A DNA stretch of 64,000 nucleotides from Balanoglossus misakiensis (lineage: Eukaryota; Animalia; Hemichordata): positions 2,675,060 to 2,739,059 of the forward strand of contig CM082583.2 of assembly GCA_040954595.2 (NCBI GenBank), given 5' to 3'. Position 1 is the stretch's first letter. Every line of letters begins with the position of its first letter. The notes under the pieces were generated by a model, which did not search any database, was not told where the DNA came from, and worked only from the letters and a program-made list of their open reading frames with translations. The position numbers and the translations under genes were made by a program. Shown here one piece after another: positions 1-14,115 of this stretch.

Positions 1-94
1 AACACAACACAACACAACACAACACAACACAACACAACACAACACAACACAACACAACACAACACAACACAACACAACACAACACAACACAACA
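1..94. repeat. (AACAC)n pentanucleotide microsatellite, runs off the left edge
   Basis: Perfect AACAC units from base 1 to about 94. Confidence 0.98.
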
Positions 95-3000
95 TAGTTT
101 AGTTAGCTGAAAAGCAAATTACATCCGAGCGAATTTATTCTACTTGTTACCACAAAATATTAACCTGAATAGAGACTTGTGGTAGAGAGGCTGCGCCTAA
201 GGCATTTACAACAAACCTGTTCGTTAGCACTTGTAATTTTAGCAATCTGAATATCACGCACTCATGCCCTTTTGCATAGATGGTTGCAGAGACACTATGC
301 GTCTTTTAATAGAGTTAACAAATTTCAGCAGATTTACAAATAAAATTAAGAGGTGATCAGAATGGTGCAGAGGGGGCAAGAGAAGTAAGACTAGTGGGAA
401 AGTCGTTTTGAGAATCAAAAAGATTTTGTCGGGGGAAAAAAGAGTAGGAGTAGAGATGAAAATAACATAAAGGGGTTTTATGAAAAACAATGGGGAAAGA
501 ACACGAGGGTAAGGTTTTGGATGAACGAAATTGTACAATTAGACTTCACTGGAGCTTTGTGGTGAGGAGAAACGGTGACCTGGTAAGGGTACAGTGCAAT
601 ATACGGGTAGAACTAAATGTAATAAAGGAAATGAGCGAAATCAGGACACGAATACATATATCAAGCAGGACAATAAGAGTACCAAGCAACATAAGGTGGA
701 AAATTATGTGCAATACTAAAAATAGCAGATATGATGAGGGAAATGTCAGGACGATATACAGCATAGATGTACTGCCAACAAATGAAAACAAACTTCTAAT
801 AATAGGAAAGAAGTAATAGGAATAAAGGAGAGGGGGAAGTACAAGGAAACGAAGAATAAAATGTTGAATGGAAAATTATGGCGGGGAAGAAGAATGATTA
901 TGAAAACACGTGACACGGTAGGATATGCCGAGCATGCAAGGGTAATGGAAAACAGAAAATGGTTCGGACAGTAGGGGAAGAATAAGAACTAACATGAAAT
1001 TATGTATTGCAATAAAGTTGAATGTCAATATCTTGGGACTTGACTTGGCTACGAAATGCAAACTCTGAGAAAAGGAGAGGTAAGAATGACATCGGAGTAT
1101 TTGTAGCAATGAAAAAAATCAGAGGTTCTTGGATGTTTTAGAGGAGGCGTTATCCTAAGAAACATCTAGAGCAAAGCTGAACATTAGAAATTATTACAAT
1201 TATCGTGCATATCTTGCATATCTGCATAGTAGTGTATACGAGAAATGCAAACGAAAAGAAATACAGTGAAATGTGGATTTGCAAAAGTTACGGATAGCAG
1301 GGGCGGTTGGGGAATAGAGACATGTTTGAAAACCAAGGAGCATTAAAGTACAACAAGGACGATTTGCGATATAAATTGCAAAGTTCCATAACGTCGGCTG
1401 TACTCGAAAGCGTGACGATAACATTCAAGTGACGTCAAACGTCTCCAGGATGACTAACTGAATATAATTATAGTAACAGTTTATATATGTCATTTCTCCA
1501 ATCAAACTTATAGTTGTGGGAAAATAAGTATGGGCTGAAAATTATTTATACTCTAATTTCCGTGCTTTTATTGCGTTCTACTATTAAATTTTTAATTTCT
1601 TTCGGCCCATTAGCGGTTTTGAAAATAAGTGTTTCTTATCACAATAGAGGCGTTTCATTTGTGGCGCACGCTGGCACGGTATTATACTTCACATTCAATA
1701 TATTCCTTGTATTTATGACATTTACAATTTATTTATGGCATTTCTGACATCTTATAAGATAATTTATTTACAAAACTAAAATTTACTTGCCCGGAATACG
1801 ATTTTTTTGCAAACCAGTGTCTAAAACTAGATATTATATCTGCAACATTACTTGCTGCATGTGCATTTTATTTTTCCGTTAGGTTTTTCTCAAATTGTTA
1901 CAAAGATATACTAAGATACACCAGCATCGTGTACACAAATTTGAAAAAACTAAAACCTCCAATTGTTATGTAATACTAGAAAAAGCCCAAATGTTACATA
2001 TTTCATATACACCAAATTACCTGAATCAATCAAAGATACATTACATTAATTTTTTTCACATTAGGGCGTTTTTTGTTAGGGCGTGTGTGGATATGGTCAT
2101 CATATCATTCTTAATCGTGCCATTATTGGTGATAATAATTGTATGATCCTAATTGATACATTTCCTATTGTAGATCACATTAAATCGGTCGCTTCCCTTA
2201 GGCAGGATAATATACATTATTTATGTGTTTTTCTCCTTATTCCGCCATGCATATTACATACTATTAGCATATTAAAATGAGGCTCAAGGCAGTATTTGGA
2301 TTAATAATTCACTAAATCATTGCGCACATTCTGTAAACAATACATGTTAAGGCAATATTTCTTTGGCATTCACACTGAAGTCGCCCATGCAGTTGTATTT
2401 AAAATATTACTCGATATTCCCTTTCGCGTGTTAGTCTATATGTACACATACAAATCAACATATACAGATAAGATTTTGGCACTTATCATGTATGCTAGGA
2501 GTGCTAAAATATGCGCATGCAACGTAAATATTTAAATCATCGATAAGCTTAACACGAATTGCACATTTTGTTGCCAGAACAAGTCATCCCACGCTTCAGG
2601 ACAATAAATGTCAAATTTATTATCATGCACAGTCCTACCCCTACAGTGGGCGAATCGTGTCTAGAAGCACTTGCTCCGAGATAAAGTTCTAATAAACCGA
2701 GACAAGTGCGTATCGCGTTGAATATGTTTCTAAATGATTAAAATGTTGATGTAAAGGATGCGCTAAACTATTTTGACTCGTTGCTCCGCAACTCGTCAAA
2801 ATACGGACACATTACTCAAATACGACGCGTTATCGACAAAACTTCATGTAATAACCCCCAAAATATTTACCACGAGCAGTGACGCATAACTTAGGGACAC
2901 AAATCTATTAACTTCCATATAAAGCAGAGGACCTGCCCTATGTCAACATTGCGTCCATTTATGCAACAAATTACCCACACGACCCGTTGTTTTAGGTGTC

Positions 3001-3752
3001 ATATCTTACCATGGATAAAATACATTTGATAGTTGCCACATTATGTCTGGTTGCGGGTCTAGGCCTACTCAATTGCAGTTTACTAGCATAAACTACAATG
3101 GGTAGACAAGAATGTACAAGAAAAGCCCACGAGAAGTTTGTTGTGGCTTGTCTATAAATCTACACTATTTTTCAATGACGGCATGATTACTGATTTGTCA
3201 TCTGTTGTCCTGGTTTCCTAACAAAATGAATAAAAGTATTTTTTTAAATATACCTGGGGTGAAATCGTCTTGACATACTCATGTCATACAAAGCAATTTC
3301 GATTTGCTCGAAAATCACGAATAAGTAGGTAATTACAGTAATTAGCCCCTCGTCCATTAGTACCCAGGAAGAGTTCAGTACACTCAGATAGAACATGTAT
3401 CTGTTTATCTGCAGAAAGACATGTGGGAGTTCTCAGAGGGCGCCTTGCAGTGGGTGTATCACTTAAATATGCAAAGACACGTGACAGCAATCATATTCTT
3501 TCTCGACAGGTGAGTTAATCGGGCGAACTGAAGAAATGCTACTTGGATCTTTTAGCGTATCGGAAGAGAAGAGAAGAGTTCGCTCGTGTTAATGAAACTG
3601 GAGATTTGAGGACGTCTGCCTTTCGCGTTCCACGCCAAATTTAGCTTATCGGGTGTTTATTCACAAGTAAATTCACTCCAAGGTGTGTGAAATGATTATC
3701 GTTGGATAAGAAGTACACACCCGTATCAGTCAAGACATTTACATCGAGCGGC

Positions 3753-4391
3753 ATGGCGTTGTCTGGCGAGGCTAACCTGAGTGTAGTGAGTATGGCGGCA
3801 ACCGATACACAGGAGAGTGTTTATAAGACATTAAATGAACAGTTTGACTATGCTGAACCAGATGGCAACCAAAGGGTTATTGATGAGTTCACATTTGGAC
3901 CTTTCTCCAACGGATCCATGGGAAACAGCTCTCATAACTTGACATGTGAAGGCATGGACTGTCAACCTCTCCCACATTTTGACAAAGCTGCCCTGATAAG
4001 AGTAATTCTGTACGGTGTCTTCTTTGCTGTAGCGTTGTCGGGAAACTTGACGATTTTTATCACAATGTTCCGAAACCGCCGAAAACGCAATAGAGTGAAG
4101 ACGTTTATCATGCATCTTGCTATTGCCGATCTAATGGTTGCAGTCATCGTCATGCCAACAGAAACCATTTGGCAGTTGACGGTTCAGTGGTATGCTGGTG
4201 ACGCTTTATGTAAAATATTGTCCTTTCTGAAACTCTTTCCGCTCTACCTTTCATCGAACATACTTGTCACAATGAGTGTGGATAGGTATTGGGCTATAGT
4301 ACATCCCCTGAGTGTTAGCAATGCAGATAGACGAGGGACAGTAATGCTGTTCTTATCCTGGGGAATCGCTGGAGTATGCAGTCTACCGCAG
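3753..4391 (+). CDS. GNRHR: GnRH/AKH-type neuropeptide GPCR, coding exon 1 (N-terminus to TM4)
   Basis: ATG at 3753. TM1 GN, TM2 HLAIADL..MPTETIWQLTVQWYAGDALCK, TM3 DRY, TM4 W..SLPQ. Donor CAG|GTAAGG at 4391/4392 (phase 0), the intron position characteristic of GnRH receptors. Confidence 0.92.
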
Positions 4392-6837
4392 GTAAGGACT
4401 CATTCTTTTTGCCCAAAGTTGATGACAGCATGAAACATGGCCGTTATGAGACACAATACAATACAGCTAACCGACCCCACTTCGATATACAGTGTACATC
4501 TTCCTTTATCGATGCTGAATAAATATAGTCTGTGCATGGAATATTGTCCAGCACTCACCCCATTAAAATACTGGCTGATTTTATCCCATAAGGCAATACA
4601 CAAATATACGGATTGTTTTCAGACAAGAAAAATACAACTTTATCGTCAGCCGTGGTTACTGTCAAATGTAGACACCGTGCATCTTAATTTAGGCTGACTT
4701 GCGGAAATACAAACCACTCCAAATGAGTTTCTTCGAGAGGGACACTCTCCATAGATTCGTGTATCAATTATTTTCGGCTTAAAAAGCTTTATGTGATTAA
4801 TATGGACGTGCTTGACCTAACATGTCTACTTGAATATTTACGTCACCCCACTAACTACAAGTAATTATACTGGTTTATATTCCAAAAAGTAAGAATATCT
4901 GTAACATATCATTTTCTTTATACATCAATTTACAAATGATTTGATGGGCCAATGTTTTATCCTTTTCAGCAGATGAGAGACGAATACTGCGGAACTATTG
5001 ATATAATTTGTTAAAATTTGGAATACAAGTGTTACAATTACAATTTATACAAACTTGGGAGGATTGCAACAACTTTGGTCGACATTCGTTTGATAGGGTT
5101 CACGACATTTGTAGCAATTGATTTTGCAGTTTTTACTCTCCTCCTCACACTCCTCCTCTAAAATGGGTGAATTATACAAATTTCAGACTATCTCTGATAT
5201 TTAAACCTCCATCGCACACTTGAGTGCTATCACGTTACTATGACGACGGTTTTGACGTCCAAATATGTGTCGTACGGCAAAGCAAATAGATTCTCATGGT
5301 TGAGACATTCACAAAATAATGCACATCGCGTTTTATTCCTGGAACAAAATTTGCAGATTGGTATATGAAGACTACAACAAATCTAAAGCACTGGTGCGTA
5401 ATTGGTGACGTCACTATGGGCTGCACAATGTAAATTTTGTTGTATTTCATAAGCACAGACGACGGCATTCGAGAAAATCCCTAACCGTAAGAAATGCTCC
5501 AACCGCTATTCAAGCTATGTGATTCATACAAGTCACGCTGAACTGATTACAAAGACTGCACATGAAGCATTGATAGCCAGGCTCGTCTTAGTCTGCATTT
5601 CCTTCTCGAACATTAAACATTAAAGGCATTTCTTTTTTAAAGATAGATCTTGGGATACGTGTTTGAAAAAATAAATGTGAATTGACGCCAGTCTGTGAAA
5701 AAATACAGTAGCATCACCTTCTCAGTTACATCTTAATTCTATAAGTCACGTAGGACACCTTTGGGGTGAAGGGCCACTGGAGCCCCTTATCCATTGATTC
5801 CGTGATGAATGGGGTCACATAGGTGCCTGGTTATGCACAGACTGTCGTAATGAAGTATTTGGCTAACCCATTACTCGGCAAATTTGGCTGTAGTACAGTT
5901 AAGCTTTCTACTTCGTGAAACTACGAAAACAATGTGTTCTCATTTGTGTATATTTTACTTCCAACAAGTATAAGAAACCAACTGCCTATAGCTTTAGAGG
6001 ATAGTGTTTGATTACTTGGGAGCTCAAGGGTCCGCTATTTAATTTGTACAATATAGAATGCTAAAATATTATGCACATATTTATATTTATATCTAAATAA
6101 TACCTTCCCAACATGCATTCTTATCGCAACTGCTATCGCGTTATCCATGCTCCACACATTTATACCGACAACGTTAAATTACTTATATTGCCACAAATTA
6201 TTGGCAGAGTGTTTTGTAATATTCCTAAAAAGACATCGCTTCCAGCTGTCCGCTGGAAAAATCGATCTAAACTACCCATTTCCTGACGAATTGAAATATG
6301 TCCCCTTTTAGATAATGATAATGTGTACTGCATTGAAAATCTACGCCGAAATGGAAACAGCCACAGGGAGTATCTTCGGGCTTTGCAACCTGACTTTTGA
6401 CCAGTAAATTTACGCTAACACTGATAAGAAGCTAATCTGCAACAAGATCTCCCAGTCAAAGATAGGATAAACTCCATTTCAAATGTAATCCTGTCTTGTC
6501 ATATATTTTCTTGTTATTTTACCGAACGGATTATGTAAGCGTCAGAAGGGACAACAAGCACTAATGAATGAACATAATTCAGAATATGGCGACCGATAAG
6601 CAAATCTAAAACGGCTTTGTCGGTCAAACTTTCAAATGGTTTAACAGTTAATTTTGGCAGGGTATTTACTGTGTCAAAGACTGCAGGGTCACTGTGGTAT
6701 AGTCATTTGATACTGTTCATTATCGATGACTTGCCGTGGACACCACTAAGAACGTTTGGTTCACCATAAACGTTAGGTGACATTACACCCACGTCATATT
6801 AATACTTAGTGTACAAAATAAAACTTCGTTGTTTTAA

Positions 6838-7700
6838 GGTATAGATGCACGTTCGTTAGCTCTGAACGCATTTTTCTAATCTTGTTCATACTGTTAAAAT
6901 TTTGGAACTCTGACACAAGTGGAAGGTACTCAAAAAGGATTTTAAATTAGGCATAACAGACGCATAAATGGTGTCAAATAACTAAAAACGACTTGGTAAA
7001 CAAAAAACTGGCGAATCTACATATATCTTGCACTACACATAACTATTGACAAAATGTTAATAGATTGAATTCTGCGAGAGTTACAGCCACTTTAATTATA
7101 TGCTCCAGCAAAATGTATTCTGAGTGGATCGCTATGCGAATGAGCTATTATCTCTAATATTAGTTTCACAGCTGGTCAGGAACGTTTAAATGTAAATAGC
7201 TCTTATACAGTTTGTTGTTTATTTCCAGTGACACTTTCACTCTGTGTTGGTGGGTTGTTTATCTACAAAAGAGCATTTAGAATTAGCGAAGGTGCATTTT
7301 CTTTTCATTTTTAGCAGGATGTCTGCCATGTCTTCAATCCTGATCAGTTTTTTACACCTATGTTGTGATTGTCGGAAAACAAAACACTAAAAAAAACGCC
7401 CAGACACTCTTTTGTTCTTAAAGACATAACCATTGTAGTGTGAAAATTTTAATTAAAACGGACAAACACTGCAGAAGCGAATTGAGATTCAAACTCACAG
7501 ACCAAGTGAAAAATGTGAACGGAGATAACGGTAGTTTATTATAATCACATTCCTAGTGTAGATGTACTAAAATCGATATTTTAACTTGTGGCATTGTTTC
7601 GAAATTATAACAGTGTCAAGCCAAGACTGCCTACGATTGAAAAAGTACAAAACAAAACCAAAGATTGTATTTCCAGAGCCAACGAACGTAAATCTATACC
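6838..7700. mobile_element. Non-autonomous TIR element with TTAA TSD (Kolobok-like)
   Basis: About 28-bp TIRs (GGTATAGATGCACGTTCGTTAGCTCTG / CAGAGCCAACGAACGTAAATCTATACC) flanked by TTAA at 6834-6837 and 7701-7704. Confidence 0.8.
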
Positions 7701-10700
7701 TTAAAGTCCTCATTAATCATCAGATTCATCTCGCTTGTCAGCGTTATAGCAGATAAAACTTTCAATGGAGAACACAATTATCCAGTAAACTAGCATTCGA
7801 GGATTACTTTTAACACACGCATTCTCGTCCAATGGATTAACTTAACATGTACATCCTGGTCCCGGCATCGGGAGGTTAATTCACCATGTAAACTGCTGTA
7901 ATTAGCATTCATATCCATATGTTCCTTAAGACCCATCTAAATCGAGTAATTTGAACATTTATCTATAATGCAATCGGAAGGCAGTTTTCTTGTATTTAGT
8001 AAAACGCAGCGCATTGTTAAAGTAACAGGTTGAAATTGAGTAATAAAAGAAATCCACATTCGCGGAGCAATTGCGACTCATTTTCACTGCTGAGTTAATA
8101 GCCCCATCGGTTGAATTTTGATTGCACTTGCCACATTTGACCTCATGGTGAAGCTGGGAGCTCCGGCTGAATTTCCACTCGCGGGACAAAATTTATATTT
8201 CCTTCAGAAAATGAGGAAAATTTAAATACATGCATAAGTAAATATCTTATGAGATGCGGATCGCATTTCGTTAAGACTATTTACATGTAAACTGGTTGTA
8301 TACTTTTGTTAAAAACATATTTTACTTGGTGAGAAAGAATGATAATTGATTAGCACTGATCACAGTAGTATGGCCGTTTTGGATGCTTTCTATTTTATTT
8401 TGGGGGACAAACTGAATAAAGTTAAACCTGTAGTTGTGTGCAGACATTTTTACTTTCCGTTTAAGAATTCATGCTATATTTTGTTCACAGAAAGAAAATC
8501 CGTGTTTAGAAACGTCAGCATTTGACTGTACTGAAAAAAGGTCAATTTTGCTCAAGTCCATAAACTGAGCGATTTAGATATTAATCGTTTAAACAAGATT
8601 ATTTTAAGTCGGCAATCGACTTGTAAACATACACACATTTAGCCGTTTCCCATATGATTCAAATAGTCACCAGGGTAGAGATACTTCGTATCTAGTAACT
8701 GCAATTGACATAACATATCACTGGAGTGGGTAGAATGATATAAATTTGTGTAACAGGGACAAGGTCGCTAAAACTTGACAAAGATTTGTGCATTTTAGCA
8801 CATTTTCAAGGCTATTTCACAACCCATACATGGACTTTACACATTATTACTGCCATTGTGTATATTTTAGTCAGTACCAAAAACTACACGCGGAAGTATT
8901 GCCATGTTATACCACTCAAGGAACAGGATACGGGTGCGGGCTGAGTTGTAACAACTGTTCGTTTAGTTTCAATGAGTGGAATAACAATAAAGCCTAAAAA
9001 AAGAAATGCAAATGACCAAAATAATGCCAATAGTTAGCGACATGTGTAAGTTGATGACGTTGTACGCGGAACGGAATAGATTGTACAACAAGAAAAGAAG
9101 TCGTTAAAGGTTTGGGAACTAACGGATATTGCAAATGTGGCAGATAGTTGGAAATAATTGTATTATCACAATGAAAGCAAGTTTCACTGATGCAATTGCT
9201 AACCACAGATAGATTAAAGTCAGCTGAGCTCATTGAAAACAGAAAAGGAATATCCAAAACAACAATCAACAGAGAGTTGGCATCGTGATATAGGCTTCAA
9301 TGTCTTCATCATAGAAACCCTTTCCCTGTTGAACCATACAAACAGACTTTCGTCAAGAAGATGACTAATACATTTTGTGATTAAGCAGAAATGTCTGAAC
9401 AGCATAAACAGCAAAAGTCAGGATGCTACGTCGACATGTGTCTCTCGGCAATTGCCAACAATTTGATCCATATTTATGAGGGGGTATTAAACATGCCTAT
9501 AATTGTGACTTAAAATGCCCAAATGCACTCATCCAGCTGTGTGTTTCGTTCTGTAGCTTAGCAATAGCCAACATGACGACTGAAAAATAAATCACAAATT
9601 TAACAAAGGGGATTATTAGTGAACTCATAAAACACTTGTCAAGCCTCGACTGTCAATACAGTGACGTGATTTAGGCCTTGGTATCATGACTACCATGCCA
9701 GGAGATATGGAGATGTCTGCCTCAAATGTCAGCAATCCGTTCCCAATAAATATTGAAAAAGTATTTTTCGCCGCCCAAAGATGTAATTATACCCATACAT
9801 ATACAGTATATATATTATGATTTTAAGAAATTATAATGTAATACATGTAATGTTTAATGTAATGTTGGTGACATTCGCCGTTTTAGTATTAAAATTAATG
9901 ATAGAACACATTCCCGAGTCGGATTTTTTGTGGCGCATGCTGTATTTAATTATGGTGGTCTCTATGATTAAAGGAAGGTTTTACAGAAAAATCGTACCGT
10001 TTATATTGTCATCAATCACGTCGACAACTGGAATTTTCTACTCAATCGTGGCTGTGGTCATATCATTGGCGTATTTTTTAATGCTGGCGTCATGAGTAGA
10101 ATCGACGACAGAGGTCGCTATCACACACGAAAGTTATTCAAAAATGGTCACTCGGGTAGTCAACAACAGTTATCACGCCAGTAACCGCACACAATACCAC
10201 ATATATTTGTAGCAAAGCAAGGCACTCAATCGCGACTAGAGGCATCCGCGTAAAGCTTTGAAATGCTCCTAACTGCCTAGCAACAGTTATTTCGGTTATG
10301 GCAATAATACTTCTATTAAGTTTTCAAGTATCATGAAGGTAGTGTTGTCAGACGAAACTGCCTGGCAACTACAACCAAGAAGCTGCACAACTACAATGTT
10401 TTATGGAAAATATTAGAGTGAGATTTCAATGGTACCCCGGACCCTTACGCATGTGAAATGCATATAGATATACTACAGTGCGCTGAGGGCCAATTCTACA
10501 TTTCTGACATTTCCCTAGTAAAACACACACTTCTAAGGTGCACGAGCTGCTCTTCGGTTCAAAAAAGTGATATTTGATATAGCCGAGAATTCAGAGAGTA
10601 CGGTTTAACATTGCCCGATTATAGGGCAACAGAAATGTCTAGACGTCAGTAGGGACAAAAGGATTATCGGAGATGAAGTTAATTCGGACTGCAGGAACAG

Positions 10701-11371
10701 CAAAATACTAATGAATCTTTTCAAAAAAGAGCGAAGGGTTTAAAATCGAGGCACCCAGTGAACAGTGGAAAGACAGTGACAGCGCGCCATTTTTTAATCT
10801 CGATTAATTCTTTTATAAGCATGCATTTGAAACGCACACAATAGCGGATAGTGGAACTCCACATACGATTCATCGTACCTGTTTAAGTAAACATAAAATA
10901 GTCTTTTTATCGGCGAGGCGGCAAGCAGATTTTCAGATAACAAGTGTTCTCGTTTAATCGAGATTGGCAGTAATCTTCAAGTTTGGTTTCGTTTCAAAAA
11001 CGAAATTTCTATTGAAAAGAACAATGTCTTTTCTGTGGGGAGATTTTCCATCTAACCGCCGACGCACCGATTCCCGTAAGTTTTCATGTTGGTAAGGAAT
11101 ACATTATATTTGATTTCTGTAACTACCTTGGGCGCCATCTTACGAATTAGTTAACATAAGCCGATGCACAAGATTTGTCAAAATAGGTTTCCTTGGGGAG
11201 ATTCCGTCTTCATTTCCTGTTCAGGGTTACTTAAAATTGATGGTAGCTAACTCTGAGATTACAATAAGAGACATTAAACCAAGGTTAACTTTGCGGCCTC
11301 CGGTGGTTTGTTGATCTGTAAGCCTTGGTTGTCTTAATAACTCTGCCTCCTTCTTTTCTTTTCTATTTCAG

Positions 11372-11576
11372 ATTGTCATCTTCCATGTTTCGTCACCACC
11401 ACATAACCCTACATTCACACAGTGCGTTAACTATGGAGCTTTTCCGAATGGTTTTTTGGAAGATGTCTATGGCACATTTGTCATCTTTATGCTGTATTTA
11501 ATCCCTCTGGCGTTCATCATATTTTCCTACTCCACAATATTCTACCAGATATCAAAGCGCTCCAAGGACTATTCTG
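11372..11576 (+). CDS. GNRHR: GnRH-type receptor, coding exon 2 (ECL2-TM5-ICL3)
   Basis: Polypyrimidine tract + TTTCAG acceptor ending 11371. Reads IVIFHV..FTQCVNYGAF..YLIPLAFIIFSYSTIF. Donor G|GTAGGT at 11576/11577; 205 nt, phase 0 to 1. Confidence 0.9.
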
Positions 11577-11734
11577 GTAGGTACAGATTTATATTTCAGC
11601 TGAGAACCACCAGATACAAAATTAATATATTCACCTTTTTGCAGGTTACTTTATATGTTGTCTTGATTTTCTTGACATGTCTAATTGAACGGAATGTTCG
11701 TTAAAAACAACGACGACGTGCGTACGGCCAGAAT

Positions 11735-11766
<32 letters not shown>

Positions 11767-11773
11767 GGCAGGC
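11735..11773. repeat. (GACA)n/(GGCA)n microsatellite
   Basis: Direct reading: about 8 GACA units, then GGCA units. Confidence 0.9.
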
Positions 11774-12349
11774 AAAGATCAGTAGCACATTTATGTGTGT
11801 GAATATGATAAAATTACTTAGGTGAACATTTATATATAAGACACACTTTATAACAGAGTTAAAAAATTATATTTATTATTTATTTGTTCAAATAAATATA
11901 CTATCTGTGTTTATAAAGATTGAGTTGTTTTGTATTTGTAGCACACCAAAAATATACTGTATCTTCCATTGACACTTGGTAATCACTATACAGTGCTCTT
12001 TGCATACACACACTACATACACTAGGTTTGTTGAGAGGCAGAATTTGAGCTGGGGGACCTTGTGCTGCTACATGAAAAAAAATAGCGTCAAGGACACTGT
12101 GGTCCCATTTGAGGATTATGCGGAAACAGTGACACACCAGAATAAAAATTACAGGTGACATTCCAAGCAGATATGATTTAACCATATAGAAATATCGAAT
12201 TTAAAAAAATAACAAGGAACATGCCCAATAAACTGCCATGTGTCATGGCAGTCTTACAAGTGGTGCGAGAAAAATTTATTTTTGACCAAAAATTGTCTGT
12301 ACAAACACATATGACAGGCAACTTCTTTCAGTCAGCCCTGGAACAGGCA

Positions 12350-14115
12350 GACACACATCCCTCGACAACATATGGCAAACCGTCCGTCTCCATTATGGTT
12401 TTCAATCGACTGGTGCCCCGGATCTACTTGATTTTTGTGATATTCGCCTCGAGCCAGGCGAACGCCCTGAGGACCTGTTTCAGCGATTGACTGCTTTCGC
12501 CGAAGACAACCTGCTCCGAAAAGACAGCAGCATCACCCACCACGGGGACCAAATAACGGAGGATGAAGAACTCTCCCCCTCGTTGGAAAATTACATTATC
12601 CTTCGATGGCTACAGCTCATCCATAAAGACCTACCAAGATTGGTGAAGCAGAGATATGGAACTGAGCTTCGCACACGTACACTTGCTTCAATCAAGCCAG
12701 AAATATCACAGGCCTTATCGTCCCTTCTAGATGAAATCAGATCTATGAGGGAGGTGTCTGTTATGCGAGCTGCTACATCACGCAACCGCTTCACGTCTCA
12801 GAAAGATAGTGACACTTGGGATGATCGCTCCAACGGTGGTGTAGTAGACTGCCCCAAACCCAAACGAGACCGGCGACAGTACTGTTCCTGCCCATTATGT
12901 AAACAAACGGGGCGCCCTGACGACCATTTCCTCAGTGTTTGCAAGTTTTTGCCAGATGAAGACCGCAGATTCATGACCAAGGCGCGTCGCATCGCGAGTA
13001 TCATTGACAAAGACCCTGAAGAAATGCATCGACTTGACTCTGATTCTTCAGATGATGACATGAAGGCCGGTCCCTCCATATCCAGAGTCCAAGTGCGCAG
13101 TCCCCCCATATCCAGAGTCCAAGTGCGCCAGTCTCCTTACCTCGATGCGTGCTACAATCGTCACACAGTTCGTCTGACAATCGACACCGGTGCCACTGGC
13201 AACATGATACGGCTCTCCACTGCGAAGCGCCTCGATGTTCCTATCCAGGCAACCTCACAGTCCACTCGCCAAGCCGATGGGTCATCAGCTCTCACCGTCA
13301 TCGGCGAGACCAGATTCACTCTCACCCGTGATGACGAGCAATTTACGTTTGAGGGACTGGTAACTGAAAGCCTCGATGCGGAGTTCCTCGCAGGTATACC
13401 TTTCATGGACACCAATGATGTCGGCTACCACCAGTTCAGTGAACACACGAAGGCTCCACTTGACGTTTTTACAGAGGTGCCTGTGCTTGACGTAGACGAC
13501 CTGGTCTACCCCCATTCAGATCACAGGAAAATACAGCCCTGTGACTGTTACTTGGTTGTTGGCATTACATAGACGTTGTCACCTTCACCTTTGTACTAGA
13601 CTGACGGGTGTGGCCCTTCACCCAAAACCACCGTCCCCCCCCCCCCCCCCCACTTGACCAGCCAGATGGAGCGGCAGCTGAAAGGCCGGATGTCGTACCC
13701 CAGAGGACTTACAGGACATTATTTTGGGACAGTTTTCACCTATTTCATCGTATTTGTATTTGGGGACAGTTTTTCCCTGCTTTCGTGTTATGCCACTTTG
13801 TCTACTTCTTGTGAAACTGTTTAGTTTCCGCTTTATTGAGTTTAGCCTGGCAACGCAATGTGCCTCCGCAGATTCTGCTCATGTTCATTGTTTTTCTTCA
13901 AAAAAAGGAAAGAAGCAAAGTGGTTGCGCCACTATGTTAGTTGTTAGTAGTTTGACCCTTGACCCCACTACCCACAATGCTTTGCCTGTGGCGTAGCTTT
14001 CTCTCTCTCTGCTCGTCCGCCATCTTGTAACTAGCGGCATAGTGCGTTCGTAATAAAACCGTTCGTGTTATCGACCAACGTGCCTGGTTGTAGTCTTTGC
14101 TGGTGTCTGACAACA
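12350..14115 (+). mobile_element. Internally deleted, 5'-truncated Ty3/Gypsy-like LTR retrotransposon (gag-protease remnant plus putative 3' LTR)
   Basis: Gag-like ORF with Cys/His motif CPLCKQTGRPDDHFLSVC and aspartic protease LTIDTGATGNMI..FLAGIPFM; no RT motifs. Polypurine tract AAAAAAAGGAAAGAAG at 13900-13915, AATAAA at 14052, CAACA end at about 14115. Confidence 0.75.

Noticed and set aside
3702-3752. Track start (TTG) of the GPCR ORF and read-through past 4391
   Set aside because: Eukaryotic gene: the first ATG is at 3753, and homology stops at the GT donor at 4392.
10265-10375. RFX half-site-like motifs (CCTAGCAAC, CCTGGCAAC)
   Set aside because: Short half-sites expected by chance; no supporting context.
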